Source of the DNA: a virus
Lineage: Duplodnaviria > Caudoviricetes
Strand: one strand, 5' to 3'
IMG/VR virus record: IMGVR_UViG_3300047157_000034
Span: 1 to 55,273 of that record
Length of the DNA stretch: 55,273 bases
Below are positions 1 through 11,308 of the stretch, one piece after another; the stretch's first letter is position 1, and each line of letters begins with the position of its first letter. A program made the position numbers and the translations under genes. Under the pieces are notes generated by a model. It saw nothing but the letters and a program-made list of their open reading frames with translations. It was not told the DNA's origin and ran no database searches.

Positions 1-3000
1 GTAGAAGAAAATCGTGTTGGAGATATTTCTGATGCGCAAATGCAACAAGATCAGAGAGAGATAGAAAAAAGATATGACCCAGACACAACCCAAACCATCG
101 ACAAAGTACCGAGTGACAGGATTGCTGAAAGCTCAGAAAGCAGGAATACAACTGAACAAGTCGGAGTTAAGGATAATAGCGAGGCACAATCCGAAGACGC
201 AGACCCAGACAGCTTCAATGCAGTCACCGAACAAGCCAAACCAAACGTAGAAACAAAAACAAAAAAGAAAATAAATAAACCTAAATTTGCCGTTAATCCG
301 TTAGCTGCTTGGACTGGACGTATTCCGTTTAAACCAGCATCACGTGATTCATTAGAAAAAGAAATTAATAAGTTAACAGGCGAAAGATCAAATCTGCGTG
401 TACACGTATTTAACACAGAAGCTGAAGCCGTAGAAGCTATTAACCAAGACAATAATATACCTAACGTAGATGCGGAAGAAATTAAAAGAGTTCAACCATA
501 TGGTTGGGGTAGCAGATGATGAAGCAGGAGTACCACACGCTCATTTTATTCTTGATCGTATTCCTGAGGGCGGTGAAGTAGCTGCTTTTATGCATGAAGT
601 TGGCGGACATTTAGGTATCGACAGAATTCTTGATAACAATGACAGGCTAGAAATAGCAAAACAAATTGGAAAATGGGCTAATTTAGCGGACGGATCTATA
701 GAAAGTAAAATAGCAAACAGAGCGCTTGACTCTTTAGACAACGCATTAGCGCAGGGAGATTTGTCTGACCCTGAACTTATTTCAGAAACTATTGCCTACT
801 TTCTTGAGCAATCAGCATTAGCTGGAGTTAACCCTAGTGTAAATAATTCTATTAGTGAGTTTGTAAAAAAACTACGCGACTTATTTGTAAAAGCGTTAGA
901 TAAACTTGGGGTAAATACAGCTGATTTAACTATGCAAGATATTACTGACATGGCATACGGTGCGGCTCGTATAGAATTAATGCACGGTCGAACAGATGCT
1001 ACTGTTAAAAGACCATTTGTATATCCTTCAATGGAGGGAGCTACGAGTTTTGGTGTAAGATCTAACAAACTAAAAAATTGGATAAACGGAACTCACGGTG
1101 AAACTACACAAAGTGTAATAGCCGATGGTGCAGAAATTGCTAAGCAAGCCGCAACTCAAGTTGAGTTTTTGCATCAAGTTATTAGAAGAACAAAAGAAAT
1201 AATGCCTTCTCTAGGTCGATGGTACGAGGGGATACTAGATGTTGAGGCTACTAGAACCGAAATAAGAAAAAGTTTTGAAGACATAGCTTTGCGATCACGC
1301 AGTTTAAAAGCTGATAGATTATATTTAGTAAATGATTTTTTAAGCAAATCTACATTTTTCCAGAAATGGGGGTATGACCCAGAAATAGAAGGAAAAGATG
1401 TAAAAATTGATCCAATTATGCAAAAAGCTTTTGCGCGGCTAAATAAAAAAGAACAACAAATCGTAAAAGATGTATTTTTCTCATGGTGAAAAAATGCGTC
1501 AAAGAAAGATAAAAATAGCTAAACAGTTTGGCGTATCAGGTAAATTTTTTACAGACGCCGCACTAGAGGGGCCGTATGCTCCGCTTAAACGATTCGGTCA
1601 ATATGTTACTGTACTTAAGTCTCAAGAAATGAAAGACGCAGAAGACGCAAAAAACGCAGAAGGTGCAACTAAAGAAGATAGAGAACTTTATAACAAACTT
1701 AGCCAAGACCCAAACCATTATGTTGTTAGTTTTTTTGACACTATGGGAGCTGCAAAATTATTTGAAAAAGCAAACAAAAACAAATTTAAATTTACTAGTT
1801 CTACTGAAAAGAGACCTGATATTGACACCGATAGAATTTCTAATCCTGATGCTTTTGAAAAAGTTCTTGGGGCGTTAAATGCTGGAAAAGATTCAGGAAT
1901 TGACAGTAATGCTAAACAAGCATTTACAAAAATGGTTAAAGATCTTTATTTTAATTCTTTAGACGAACGTAACGCAAGACTTTCTGGGTCTAAACGATTA
2001 AACCGTGCAGGCTACGAGCAAAACATGATGCGGTCGTTTATATCACACGCAAAAGCTGAAGCAAATCTTATTGCGCAAATGGAACATGGAACTAAAATTA
2101 ACACAGCATTTGCTGAAGCAGGAAAAGAAGTTAACACTGAAGGAAATGTTCCTGATTCTCAAAAAAATGCTGCTTACGTGTTAGTAGCAAAACATTACAA
2201 CCAAGTTCTTAAAGGCGATCAAACGCCTATTCAAGATAGGATAAATGCGGCTAACTCTGTTTACATGCTTTTAACAAGTGTTGGCTATCACGTTACAAAT
2301 GCTACTCAACCTACCATGGTTACAGTTCCCCGAATTGCAGGAGACTTTAATGACTATACTGGTGCTTGGAAAGGACTTACTAAAGGGTATGGTTTAGCAA
2401 CAGATATAGTACGTATGTCTAGCTCTTTGGAAACTAACGTTGACGTAGAAAAAGCACCTAAAGAATACCAAAAATTACTAAAACGAATGGAACTTTATCA
2501 GTTACTAGACGTTGGTATGGAAGAAGATTTATCTAGCTTTGAGAGATTTGATTCAGGGTATGATGCTTTAAATCTTGCAGCTGACACAGCAGGAAAAGTA
2601 ACACATAAATTATATCAAGTTTCTCGTTTAGTTGAAGCTGTTAACCGTATATCTACTGCAGTATCAGCATATGATATGGCAAGAAAAAACCCTGCAAGGA
2701 CTACGTAACATGAAAATGACTGCTGAAGAATATGCTATTGCAGTGGTTGAAGACACCCAAGGTAATTTCTCTTCATTGGACACACCATTACTGCTTAAAC
2801 GACTTCCTAAAGTTATGACGCAGTATCGTAAGTACCAACTTTTAATGGGGTGGCATTACGCAAACGCGTTTAAACAAATTAAATGGGGATCTCCCCAAGA
2901 AAAAGCAGCTGGTGCACGTATTCTTGCGTACTCACTCGCGCATGCAGGAGTGTTTGCAGGTACAGTTGGAATGCCTTTAGTGTCAACATTGTTCTGGCTA

Positions 3001-3765
3001 ACAACATTTATAGGAGACCAAGACGAACCAGATGATCTTGAACGATGGATTGATAGAAACATTGACGATGGTTTGTTTGGAGACATTCTTTCGCGAGGTG
3101 TTTTATCTTCTGTAGGAATAGATTTTAGCGCAAAGTTAGATCAATCAAAAATATTTAGTCCGTTTCCTTTTGTAGAATTTAAATCAGGAGAAGCAGGGTT
3201 TAATGAAATGGCGGCGGGTGCGCTTACGGGCCCTGCTGGTACAACTGGTGCTAATTTTTACAGAGCGTACGAATATTATTCAAAAGGTGATATAATGAAA
3301 GGCATTGAATACTCAGTGCCTAAAGGTATTAGAACAGCTTTAGAAAGTTATCGCTTAGCTACTGAAGGATACAGCCTTAAGAATGGTGATGTTGTAGTCG
3401 ATCCTAGAGATATGGGGAGTGTAAGTCTCTTTTTAAATGGTCTTGGTATTCCTGTTGGAGATGTGCAAAAAATTAAATGGACAAGAGGGCAACAATACGT
3501 TCTTGAAAATTACTATACTAAAGAAACTAGTAAAATTACACGTAAATATATTGAAGCTCATAAAAATAGAGATCGCGATACAAAACGTGCGTTACGTAAA
3601 GAATGGAAAGAGCTGCAAAAATCAAAAGCTAGAGTACGATCGTTTTTTAACAACGCTCGAGGACGTACTTAAACAGTTCAACCTCTTACAGATTTAATTA
3701 AGAGCTCCAATGCGGCGAGTAAAACGAGAAAAAGAAAAGCAGAGCACTATTTGGGAACTAAATAA
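1..3765 (+). CDS. C-terminal part of giant internal virion (ejection) / large polyvalent protein with zincin-like and PLxRFG domains; broken by apparent indel errors
   Basis: ORFs 40..519, 470..1489, 1470..2708 and 2632..3672 join if one extra base is removed at each of about 505, 1478, 2697 and 3660. Motifs FMHEVGGHLG (HExxxH zincin-like) and PYAPLKRFGQY (PLxRFG), plus an LPD39-like C-terminal region (TQGNFS..QYRKYQ). Open from base 1; the exact end is uncertain. Confidence 0.8.
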
Positions 3766-3767
3766 CA

Positions 3768-4004
3768 ATGCACTTTAACAGTTTTGTAAAAGAAAAAAAA
3801 CTTGCTAAGCCTATATACTGTTGTGTGTGCACAAAAGAAATAAATAACATAATGGATAGCCACGACCCAGAACCTTTATTCCAAAAACCAAATAGGGTTT
3901 GCAATGTGTGTAATGAAGTTGTTGTATCAATACGATTAGAAAAAATAAGAAAAAGGAACAAGTATGGCTGGGATGAAAGGACACACAATAAAAGGTGGGC
4001 ATAA
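3768..4004 (+). CDS. small putative Zn-finger hypothetical protein
   Basis: 78 aa with CCVC...CNVC cysteine pairs; directly follows the giant gene. Confidence 0.55.
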   Translation: MHFNSFVKEKKLAKPIYCCVCTKEINNIMDSHDPEPLFQKPNRVCNVCNEVVVSIRLEKIRKRNKYGWDERTHNKRWA

Positions 4005-4242
4005 ACGTGCTACTAAATCTGGAGCGGGAATGACTAAAAAAGGTGTTGCTAAGTATCGACGTGATAATCCTGGTTCTAAGTTAAAAACTGCTGTTACAGG
4101 TAAAGTTAAGAAAGGAAGCAAAGACGCTAAAAGGCGTAAATCTTTTTGCGCTAGATCAGCAGGTCAAATGAAAAGATTCCCAAAAGCGGCTAAAGATCCA
4201 AACAGTCGATTACGTCAAGCTAGAAAAAGGTGGAAATGCTAA
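3964..4242 (+). CDS. small highly basic protein (DUF6321-like)
   Basis: K/R-rich; KRRKSFCARSAGQMK...DPNSRLRQARKRWKC pattern familiar from marine phages. Confidence 0.75.
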   Translation: MAGMKGHTIKGGHKRATKSGAGMTKKGVAKYRRDNPGSKLKTAVTGKVKKGSKDAKRRKSFCARSAGQMKRFPKAAKDPNSRLRQARKRWKC

Positions 4243-4388
4243 TGAGTTTATACAGAAATATACATGCAAAAAAGAAACGTATCGCCGCTGGTTCAGGTGA
4301 AAAAATGCGTAAACCAGGCACTAAAGGTGCGCCAACTGCGGCAAATTTTAAACGTGCCGCTAAAACAGCAAAAAAGAAAAGGAGCTAA
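4242..4388 (+). CDS. 48-aa basic microprotein (not in ORF track)
   Basis: TAATG overlap with the previous stop; MSLYRNIHAKKKRIAAGSGEKMRKPGTKGAPTAANFKRAAKTAKKKRS. Confidence 0.75.
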   Translation: MSLYRNIHAKKKRIAAGSGEKMRKPGTKGAPTAANFKRAAKTAKKKRS

Positions 4389-4391
4389 TCA

Positions 4392-4526
4392 ATGCCACAA
4401 GTGGGGAAAAAATCATTTTCGTATAGCAGTGCAGGAAAAAAGAAAGCTAAAGCTTACGCCACTAAAACTGGTAAAAAAGTTGTGAAAAAGCCTATGGCTA
4501 AACGAATGGGTAGTAAGAGGTATTAA
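4392..4526 (+). CDS. 44-aa basic microprotein (not in ORF track)
   Basis: AGGAG SD upstream; MPQVGKKSFSYSSAGKKKAKAYATKTGKKVVKKPMAKRMGSKRY. Confidence 0.7.
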   Translation: MPQVGKKSFSYSSAGKKKAKAYATKTGKKVVKKPMAKRMGSKRY

Positions 4527-4562
4527 CAAATAACCTCCCTGTTGGCTACGCCAACCACCTCA

Positions 4563-4591
4563 GCCCCCGATCCCAGTTCGGGGGTTTTTTT
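4563..4591 (+). terminator. rho-independent terminator closing the late arm
   Basis: stem CCCCCGA / TCGGGGG with a 7-nt loop, followed by T7, at the point where the two arms converge. Confidence 0.85.
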
Positions 4592-7444
4592 ATGACTGAG
4601 AGACGTTTGCCGTTGTGTCGGCTTTCTCTGGAGCAGTAGCTAGCCCTACACCCACACCGTCCATCAGTTTATGGTACTTTAACTCATAACAGCGAGACAT
4701 ACCGCTCGGTATAGTAGAACCTTGACCGAGATACATTCTCTTATTTGGTTCTCCAGTTGGTTGCATTACAAGATAACCTGAATTATCTAGTTCGTCGCGT
4801 AGTGCTTTTGGCGCAACACTATTCTCCTTGCACCAGTCAGCGAGAGCTTTAACTGAAATAAACGCTTTGCGGTCTTCCGTACACAACCGTCCTGCAGGCG
4901 GAGCACGTAACGGCATCGACGTATCTTCTTTGTTTGTGTTCGCAGATCCTAGCCGCTTGGTAACGATGAGTCGTCCGTGTAATGTAGCAATGAATGTAGC
5001 AAGGTGTTCACGTATATCTGTGTTAACTTCACGCCTGCTTTCACGCATCTGTACTACTTGAGCAGATGCCCACTTCTTCATTGCGTTTACATCAAACGAA
5101 ACTAGCCCAATCTTTTCTGCAATCTTACCCGCAACTAACGCTGTGACAATTGTATCACGATAGAAACGTTCCTTGTTATCGTCTTCTGATTGTGGATTAA
5201 ACTTACTTCTTGCGGCTACTATCTGCCGTCGTACCCAATCTTTGTTTTTTATAATAAAACGTATGAAAGGAAGACATGCTTCTCCGTAAACATTATCCAT
5301 GTGGTGTTCGACAAAAGACTGAGTAATATCAGGAAACGTATCTTTTACAAAACCTTCAGACAACGGTACTTCAAAGAAGCGTAACTGTGTTGCTTCAACC
5401 TTATATCCAGCAGGTAGTTTTGCGATGCTTTCTAAAATGCTATCGTTGGAAGTAATAAACGAGTTCTTAAACCACTGACCGCCTACTGTAGCAAACCGCC
5501 CATTGGTAGATAATCTTTCTTTGTCTCGTCCGTTGGCGAGCGCGTATCCAGTCCTGGTTAGCTCCTCCGACGTTCTACCAGAAAACTCGTCAAGGAGTAG
5601 AGGGACAGCACCCATGATTGCGATTCGCTTAATGACTGCGTTGAGTGTAGAACCTTGTTCCCCTGTTTGGCGTTCCATATATTCTGGCTTACCATAAAAA
5701 CCGCAAGCAATCTTAGCGGCGGTAGATTTACCTGTACCCCCATGACCTGTAAAGGCGAGAGGTAATCCATGCCAGTTCGACGATCCCATGAGTTCTACAA
5801 GAACCGATCCCATTGAATGACAGAGCGCAAACTGAAAAGGTTCAGCACCTTTCCTATTATACAAAGTATCAATGTTTGCTATCCACTCTTCTAGTCGTAC
5901 CTTTCCTACCAAAATCAACTGCAACATCTGTTGGTACGTTAGGGTCGCATAAAACTTCGTGAGAACCTTTTTCTGTAATCATTTTTGTGCCCATCACAAA
6001 GCCTTTGCGGTCTTCTGTCCACCCGAACTGCCCATAGGTTTTTGTTTCAACACGGTATTTCTGTAATGTTTCAATGAGAGTTTCAGCAAATTCTGCCATA
6101 TCATTCCTCGCGTTTCTTGTTCTCGTTAAAAATACTTCATGGGAAGCTAACGTTTCTGACATTTGCGAAGGAGACGCTAACTCTGAGGTTGGCATAAAAA
6201 ACTCACGCCATTGTCCATTTTTTTCTTTAGCTTTCCAATGTATAACCCACGTACCTTCGCTATCTCTAATACGGTTAATCGGGTACACAAAACTCTTACA
6301 AAACGGTTTCCATGATACAGCTCCATCGTCGTCAGTATAGGCCCGACTCAGAGCAACTCCGTTCCATCTAAAATTCTTATCCCACCAAGTCCTTGTTATC
6401 CAAGGTATTGTTTGTCCTTCAACTATCACCGCGTTACTAGCTTGTTGACCGTCACCGTCGTCGTCGCTCCCGGCTGCAGCTGTTTCCTGAACGACGGGAG
6501 GTTTTATGTCTGGAGGGCAGAAACCTTTGTCTCTTGCGCCATCAATCATCTTCTGAACTTCATCATGTGTGTCTTCAGCAGAGTACCCTTCTAGGGTTAA
6601 CTCTCTAGCTAATCTGTGAATTTCAGCATCTGTGTTGCCTTTAGTTACCCATGAGGCAACTAATTTAAGCATGTTGTTATGCCATTCTTCGCCGTTTAAT
6701 ACAGCTTCACGCGCCTCAGTGCGATCAAGTTTTTCTCCGTACTCAACAAAATCTCCAAAACCACCTTTAGTAGTAGCTGCGTTGCACATCGTTATTTGCA
6801 ATGAACTCAAGCATTGTTGTACGCAAGTGTTCAACAGAATAACGTTTTCCTTGCTTAAGAAGCTTTACAGGTAACGGCCTTCCATACTTTTTATTGTGCG
6901 TACCTACAGGTCTGAGCACACGTGCAGAATCTAAATCAACAGCCTTATCAATTTTCATACTAAGAAAGGTTGTCACGTCTCGCTTCAACGTTGAAAGTTC
7001 TAGCCAAGTTGCTTTGTCTACTTCCTCGTCAATATGAAAATACGTGTGGTAGCCACCTCCGCTATCAACAACCGTTGGCGTCAGCCGTAGCGCCTGGGCC
7101 AGCTTTGCAACGTCGGCAATTGCTTCTTGTTTACTGTTGTATTTTTTATCTTCGTCAGGGTGTACGTCGTAATCATCGTACAGCGCTTTACAGCACGCGA
7201 CGTTATCTTGTGTACGTATTCTAAACTTATCTTTGTCGTCTTTGTACCAGTCATTAAACGAGTTAATAGCAACGTAAACTTCATTAGTTTGATCTAACTT
7301 TATAGCTTCAGCCGCCGCTTCTGCTACGGTTGTAAACTTTCTATTTTTCCACCAACTTCTGCCATGTTCGTTTGTTTCTGGGACACCTAGCACAATGTGC
7401 CCATTCGACGGCAGTAGCCACTCGAAGAACTCTAGGGTCTCCAT
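4590..7444 (-). CDS. primase-helicase fusion (RepB/AEP-like primase + DUF927 + P-loop NTPase), split by two apparent indel errors
   Basis: 6767..7444 has primase motifs DDYD, VDSGGGYHTYF and RVLRPVGTHN. 5869..6834 has DUF927-like QFGWT..GFVMG. 4590..5927 has Walker A GHGGTGKS and Walker B LLLDE. GGAGG SD at the start. Confidence 0.85.
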
Positions 7445-7480
7445 TATACACCTCCATATTGTGTCTATGTGTTAAAAGTA

Positions 7481-7508
7481 TGGTAGCCGAAAACAATCCG
7501 ACTACCTA
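7481..7508 (-). terminator. hairpin (possible weak terminator or processing site) between SSB and primase
   Basis: minus strand GGTAGTCGGA-TTGTTT-TCGGCTACC followed by ATACTTTT. Confidence 0.4.
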
Positions 7509-7524
7509 GATTTTTTGGCAGAAA

Positions 7525-8263
7525 TTAAGCGTCTTCAAACTCTAAATTATCTAACGCATCATCGATGTCGTTAAATTCCTCTACTGCTTTTGTTTCTGTT
7601 TTAGCTACAGGCTCAGCTTTTTTTGGCTTTGGCTTAGGAGCTTCAACTTCTTCTGCTACTTCAGCCGCACCAGTGGTAGGCGTTTCAAAACTTGTAGCAA
7701 ATCCATCGGCTTGAGAGTTAAACCCACCTTCAACAGCATCAAACGCAGACCGTTGCGACATTTCTTTTAGCTCAACTACCTGTATCTGACGCAATCTTAG
7801 TGATACTCCATGTCCAGCTATATGAGTTGGGTCATATACTATTAACCCCAACAAGACGTTTACTTTAGATCCTGTTGTTAACATAAAGTCCTTTGGTAGC
7901 ACATTGTTGCTTGCATCAAACTGAGTAATAGATGTCGCTTCTCCGTTATACCAACCTTTAAGTTTAGTTTTAGCAATGTACTCGCCGTTGTCGGTAACTT
8001 CAAAAAGTTCATCGTGCGATGGGTAAGAAGCCCATTTAGTTTGTTTACCCGCTTCGTAAGCATTCTTCATAGCTTTGTAGAGCGGTACAGCCTGCGCTTT
8101 AGTAAGAACAAGATTAAGAGTGTACTCCGCACCATCATCAGATGGAGTCGCAAGAAACCCTTTCTTTTTTGCCGTTATTTTCAATAAACTTATAAGTTTG
8201 GTTTAGTCTTGGGTATAGAGCGGTAGCTCCAGTGACAATTATATTGTTAGCTTTATCAGCCAT
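7525..8263 (-). CDS. ssb: single-stranded DNA-binding protein (T7 gp2.5-like), one apparent indel near 8165
   Basis: Likely true start MADKANNIIVTGATALYPRL at 8263 with AGGAG SD. GSKVNV...GVSLRLRQIQVVEL motif and acidic tail ending LEFEDA. Confidence 0.75.
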
Positions 8264-8282
8264 AGTAGTCTCCTCTTAGGTT

Positions 8283-8798
8283 TTAGTGGATATATCCATC
8301 TGTTTTTTCGAACCGTGAATAAGAACGCATAGACAGATGTTTTATAGAATTAAGCTGAGCGTCATTTAAAAAACGAACAAGCCTAAAAGTTAATAGATCA
8401 TAGTTATCCAAGGGCTGTACATTAATAAACGTTACAACACTTTTCAGACCATAACCTCTGCTCGAAAGTGACTTCTCATAAGTTCGAAAAGAACGCAAAG
8501 AAGTCGATGGTACACGTAACATAAGAACGTGGCTTGGCTCGTCGAGTACAAGTAGTTTAAGCGCGGCGTACTCTGTACAAGCTTTTGCACGTTTTCCGTT
8601 AGGTGTAATTCTTGAACCCCATGAATTTTTAGGGCATGCGGCACATTGTTTAGATTGTGGCGTAATACTTTTTTCTGATGGAGTAATACCATTAGCTGAA
8701 ACACATGTAAGCTGTTCGTCATCTGCGTAGTAAGCCCGCATATTATCCATAGCTTTAGTAATTACTGCTTCAACTGGAGGTTCTGCAATAGTTAACAT
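8283..8798 (-). CDS. conserved phage protein with Cys4 motif (putative DNA-binding/annealing)
   Basis: C.S.NG..P...C..CP.N.WGS....GK..KAC and VPSTSLRSF motif. Confidence 0.55.
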   Translation of the reverse strand: MLTIAEPPVEAVITKAMDNMRAYYADDEQLTCVSANGITPSEKSITPQSKQCAACPKNSWGSRITPNGKRAKACTEYAALKLLVLDEPSHVLMLRVPSTSLRSFRTYEKSLSSRGYGLKSVVTFINVQPLDNYDLLTFRLVRFLNDAQLNSIKHLSMRSYSRFEKTDGYIH

Positions 8799-9220
8799 TA
8801 TTTACGCCTAAAGTTTACAACTTGAGTTTCACTGTATTTTGTCCCAGGAACTATCTCTCCATGCACTTCAGCATATTCTTGGGCGGATTTCTTATTAGCC
8901 CTATGCTCAAGTAGTTCCCATGCTTCATTCTTTTTGACGTGCTTTAGAAAAATATCCCAATCGTCTATCGTTACCGACGACCGTGTAGATCTGTACGCTG
9001 TACCGTAATCACGAGAAGATACGTTATCTATACCGCGTTCGTTGAACCGACGTAGAAATTCTACTTCAATTCCAGATTGTTTTTCTTTATCCGTAGCATC
9101 GTCTGCGTCGAATGCCGCTTTTCGTTGTGCGCGTCTATCACGTAACTTGATAAACATTTGCAACAAAGATTTATCATCAAGATCAGACGCTTTCAATTTC
9201 GGCGCTATCTGTATATTCAT
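8798..9220 (-). CDS. conserved phage hypothetical protein
   Basis: Likely start MNIQIAPK at 9220 (AAGGA upstream); helical N-terminus and DDW..F motif typical of replication-module genes. Confidence 0.6.
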   Translation of the reverse strand: MNIQIAPKLKASDLDDKSLLQMFIKLRDRRAQRKAAFDADDATDKEKQSGIEVEFLRRFNERGIDNVSSRDYGTAYRSTRSSVTIDDWDIFLKHVKKNEAWELLEHRANKKSAQEYAEVHGEIVPGTKYSETQVVNFRRK

Positions 9221-9401
9221 GGTTACTTTCCTTCTTTTTGATTGTAAGCCATCTTTCGATGTCATTTTCGTCCCACCGAAGGATTTTGGGAGATACTTTG
9301 ATGGGGGCGGGGAAACTAGTCTCTCGTCTACGTAATTGGTGCAACGCACCTTCAGAGAGTCCTAGTTTTTCTGACAACTGTGCAGTGTTTAAAAGATTCA
9401 T
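9183..9401 (-). CDS. AlpA/excisionase-family winged-HTH regulator
   Basis: LLNTAQLSEKLGLS...FPAPIKVSPKILRWDENDIERWL. Confidence 0.85.
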   Translation of the reverse strand: MNLLNTAQLSEKLGLSEGALHQLRRRETSFPAPIKVSPKILRWDENDIERWLTIKKKESNHEYTDSAEIESV

Positions 9402-9426
9402 AGTTCACCTATTTTTAATGATATGT

Positions 9427-9468
9427 GTTAACATATAAACACATACAAGAACAAATGCTTTAGGTCAA
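9427..9468 (-). promoter_or_regulatory. putative sigma70 promoter and GTNNAC operator upstream of the AlpA gene
   Basis: TTGACC-17 nt-TATGTG on the minus strand; GTTAAC-AT-ATAAAC at 9427-9440. Confidence 0.45.
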
Positions 9469-11036
9469 GCTATTAAATGTTCTCGGTGGGCTTTTACTTC
9501 ATCAAGTAATAAACCTTGCAGTCGTTGTTTCTTTTGTAGTCGTGCATAGATACGATGTTCAACTGGTGAACCCTCTAGCATGATAATAAAGTTGTTCATC
9601 TTCTGGCCTGGCCTGTTGATGCGACCGTTGGCTTGCTCAAACGTTTCATTACTAGTTACGCAACTATACCATATTATAGTGCTTGCGGCAGTCAGAGTTA
9701 AGCCGTGGGACATAGCCGCAGGCTGAGCAACTAAAACTTTAGGGTCTTTACTAGATTGAAATGCTTTAAATATTCGGTCACGCTCATTCTTTTTAACGCC
9801 ACCGTGTATTACTTCCACGCTAAAATCCTTAGCAAGTTCTTCTGCTACCATTTTTACTGATGATACATAAGGCACAAATACTATAACTTTACCCTCTGCC
9901 GATTGAATTATTGATCGTGTTTCGTCAATACGAGGTGTAGCAGGGAGAGAAACTTCTGTTCCATCGTTGGCGTACACAACACCACAAGCTATTTGTACAA
10001 GCTTTCCCATCTTAACTGCTTCGTTGACGGCTGTGATTTCACCTTCGTCTGCTTCTGTTCGCAGTTTAGTTACCATATCTTTGTAGGCTTTATTCTGTTC
10101 AGTAGTTAACTGAACACTGCGTGTTTCAAACATAACAGGTGGTAGGTCTAAGCACTCGTCGCGTGTAAACCGTACAGCAGGTTGCATAACGTTACGTACG
10201 ACGTCGGTTGCTTCGGGTCTAGGTATCCATTGAAACTGTGTTAGTTGCTTCATAACTTGCGCTTTAAATCTACCGAAGTATGGTGGTACATTTTGCGGAG
10301 ACACTAACCTACACTGCGCCCAAGCGTCTGTCGGAGCATTTGGAGTTGGCGTACCAGACATAGCCCAACACGCTCTAGGTTTTGCGTGTCGATTAACTAC
10401 TGTGTTAATAGCTTTCCATTTTGCCGTTCCTGCGTTACGGGCACATTGTGCAACTTCGTCTACAATAACAAGATCTATATCAGGTCTGTTCTTTAGTTGG
10501 GACTCAATAATCCCAACACCATCATGGTTTATGATATACACATCAAAGTCATGTTCTAGTAACTGAAGTCTTTTCTTCTTAGTTCCGTGCAATACACCAA
10601 AAGTTAGGTGCGGAAAATGATTAAACAATTCGTCAGCCCAAGTGCGTTCGAGTGTCGATAGTGGAGAAATAACTAACGCCTTGTTAAATTGACCGACACT
10701 TTTTAGATAATCGTACGCCCATAATGATGCTAGAGACTTTCCAGTACCTAGCTCGCTTAAGTTAAATGCACGTTTGTGAGTAGATAGAAAAGCGGCGGCT
10801 TCCATCTGTGCTTTGAAAGGTGTGTACTGCCCCGACCATTTATAATAAGTTTTAATAGGCGCAGGAGCGTTGTATCCTAAGTTTCGTAGCAAGATTGTTT
10901 CGGCTGTTTTGTGGGGAACAGCGACAAGAGGATTACCTCTAACATTAATTTGTTTTGCGCTTGGTACGATATTAAGTATTTTTTCTGGAGCTTTAGTTTT
11001 TAATATCAACGCTTGTTTATCTTGCCATACTAGCAT
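9465..11036 (-). CDS. SNF2-family (SF2) helicase
   Basis: ELGTGKS, IVDEV, MSGTP, HGLTLT and QANGRINRPGQ motifs. Confidence 0.92.
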   Translation of the reverse strand: MLVWQDKQALILKTKAPEKILNIVPSAKQINVRGNPLVAVPHKTAETILLRNLGYNAPAPIKTYYKWSGQYTPFKAQMEAAAFLSTHKRAFNLSELGTGKSLASLWAYDYLKSVGQFNKALVISPLSTLERTWADELFNHFPHLTFGVLHGTKKKRLQLLEHDFDVYIINHDGVGIIESQLKNRPDIDLVIVDEVAQCARNAGTAKWKAINTVVNRHAKPRACWAMSGTPTPNAPTDAWAQCRLVSPQNVPPYFGRFKAQVMKQLTQFQWIPRPEATDVVRNVMQPAVRFTRDECLDLPPVMFETRSVQLTTEQNKAYKDMVTKLRTEADEGEITAVNEAVKMGKLVQIACGVVYANDGTEVSLPATPRIDETRSIIQSAEGKVIVFVPYVSSVKMVAEELAKDFSVEVIHGGVKKNERDRIFKAFQSSKDPKVLVAQPAAMSHGLTLTAASTIIWYSCVTSNETFEQANGRINRPGQKMNNFIIMLEGSPVEHRIYARLQKKQRLQGLLLDEVKAHREHLIA

Positions 11037-11038
11037 GT

Positions 11039-11308
11039 TTAACCTTTCTTCGTATACATAGATGGGCGTGTTTTACGCCAACCTTTATTTACCTTCGCAC
11101 TTACTACTCTTGTGTTGGATTTGGCAGTACTTCCCCCTGCATCAAGAGGTACTTTGTGATCTATGTGTTTGCCGTCACCTTTTTTAACACGTCCATCACG
11201 TAATGCCTGCCGTCGAACTTTGTTATTGGCGACACGTTTCTTCTGGACACTGGGTTTTTTATTATACCTAGCTTTGGTTGCTAGTTCTTTCTTTGACGAT
11301 TTTTTCAT
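11039..11308 (-). CDS. small HNH endonuclease-like protein
   Basis: KHIDHKVPLDAGGSTAKSNTRVVSAKVN. Confidence 0.75.
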   Translation of the reverse strand: MKKSSKKELATKARYNKKPSVQKKRVANNKVRRQALRDGRVKKGDGKHIDHKVPLDAGGSTAKSNTRVVSAKVNKGWRKTRPSMYTKKG

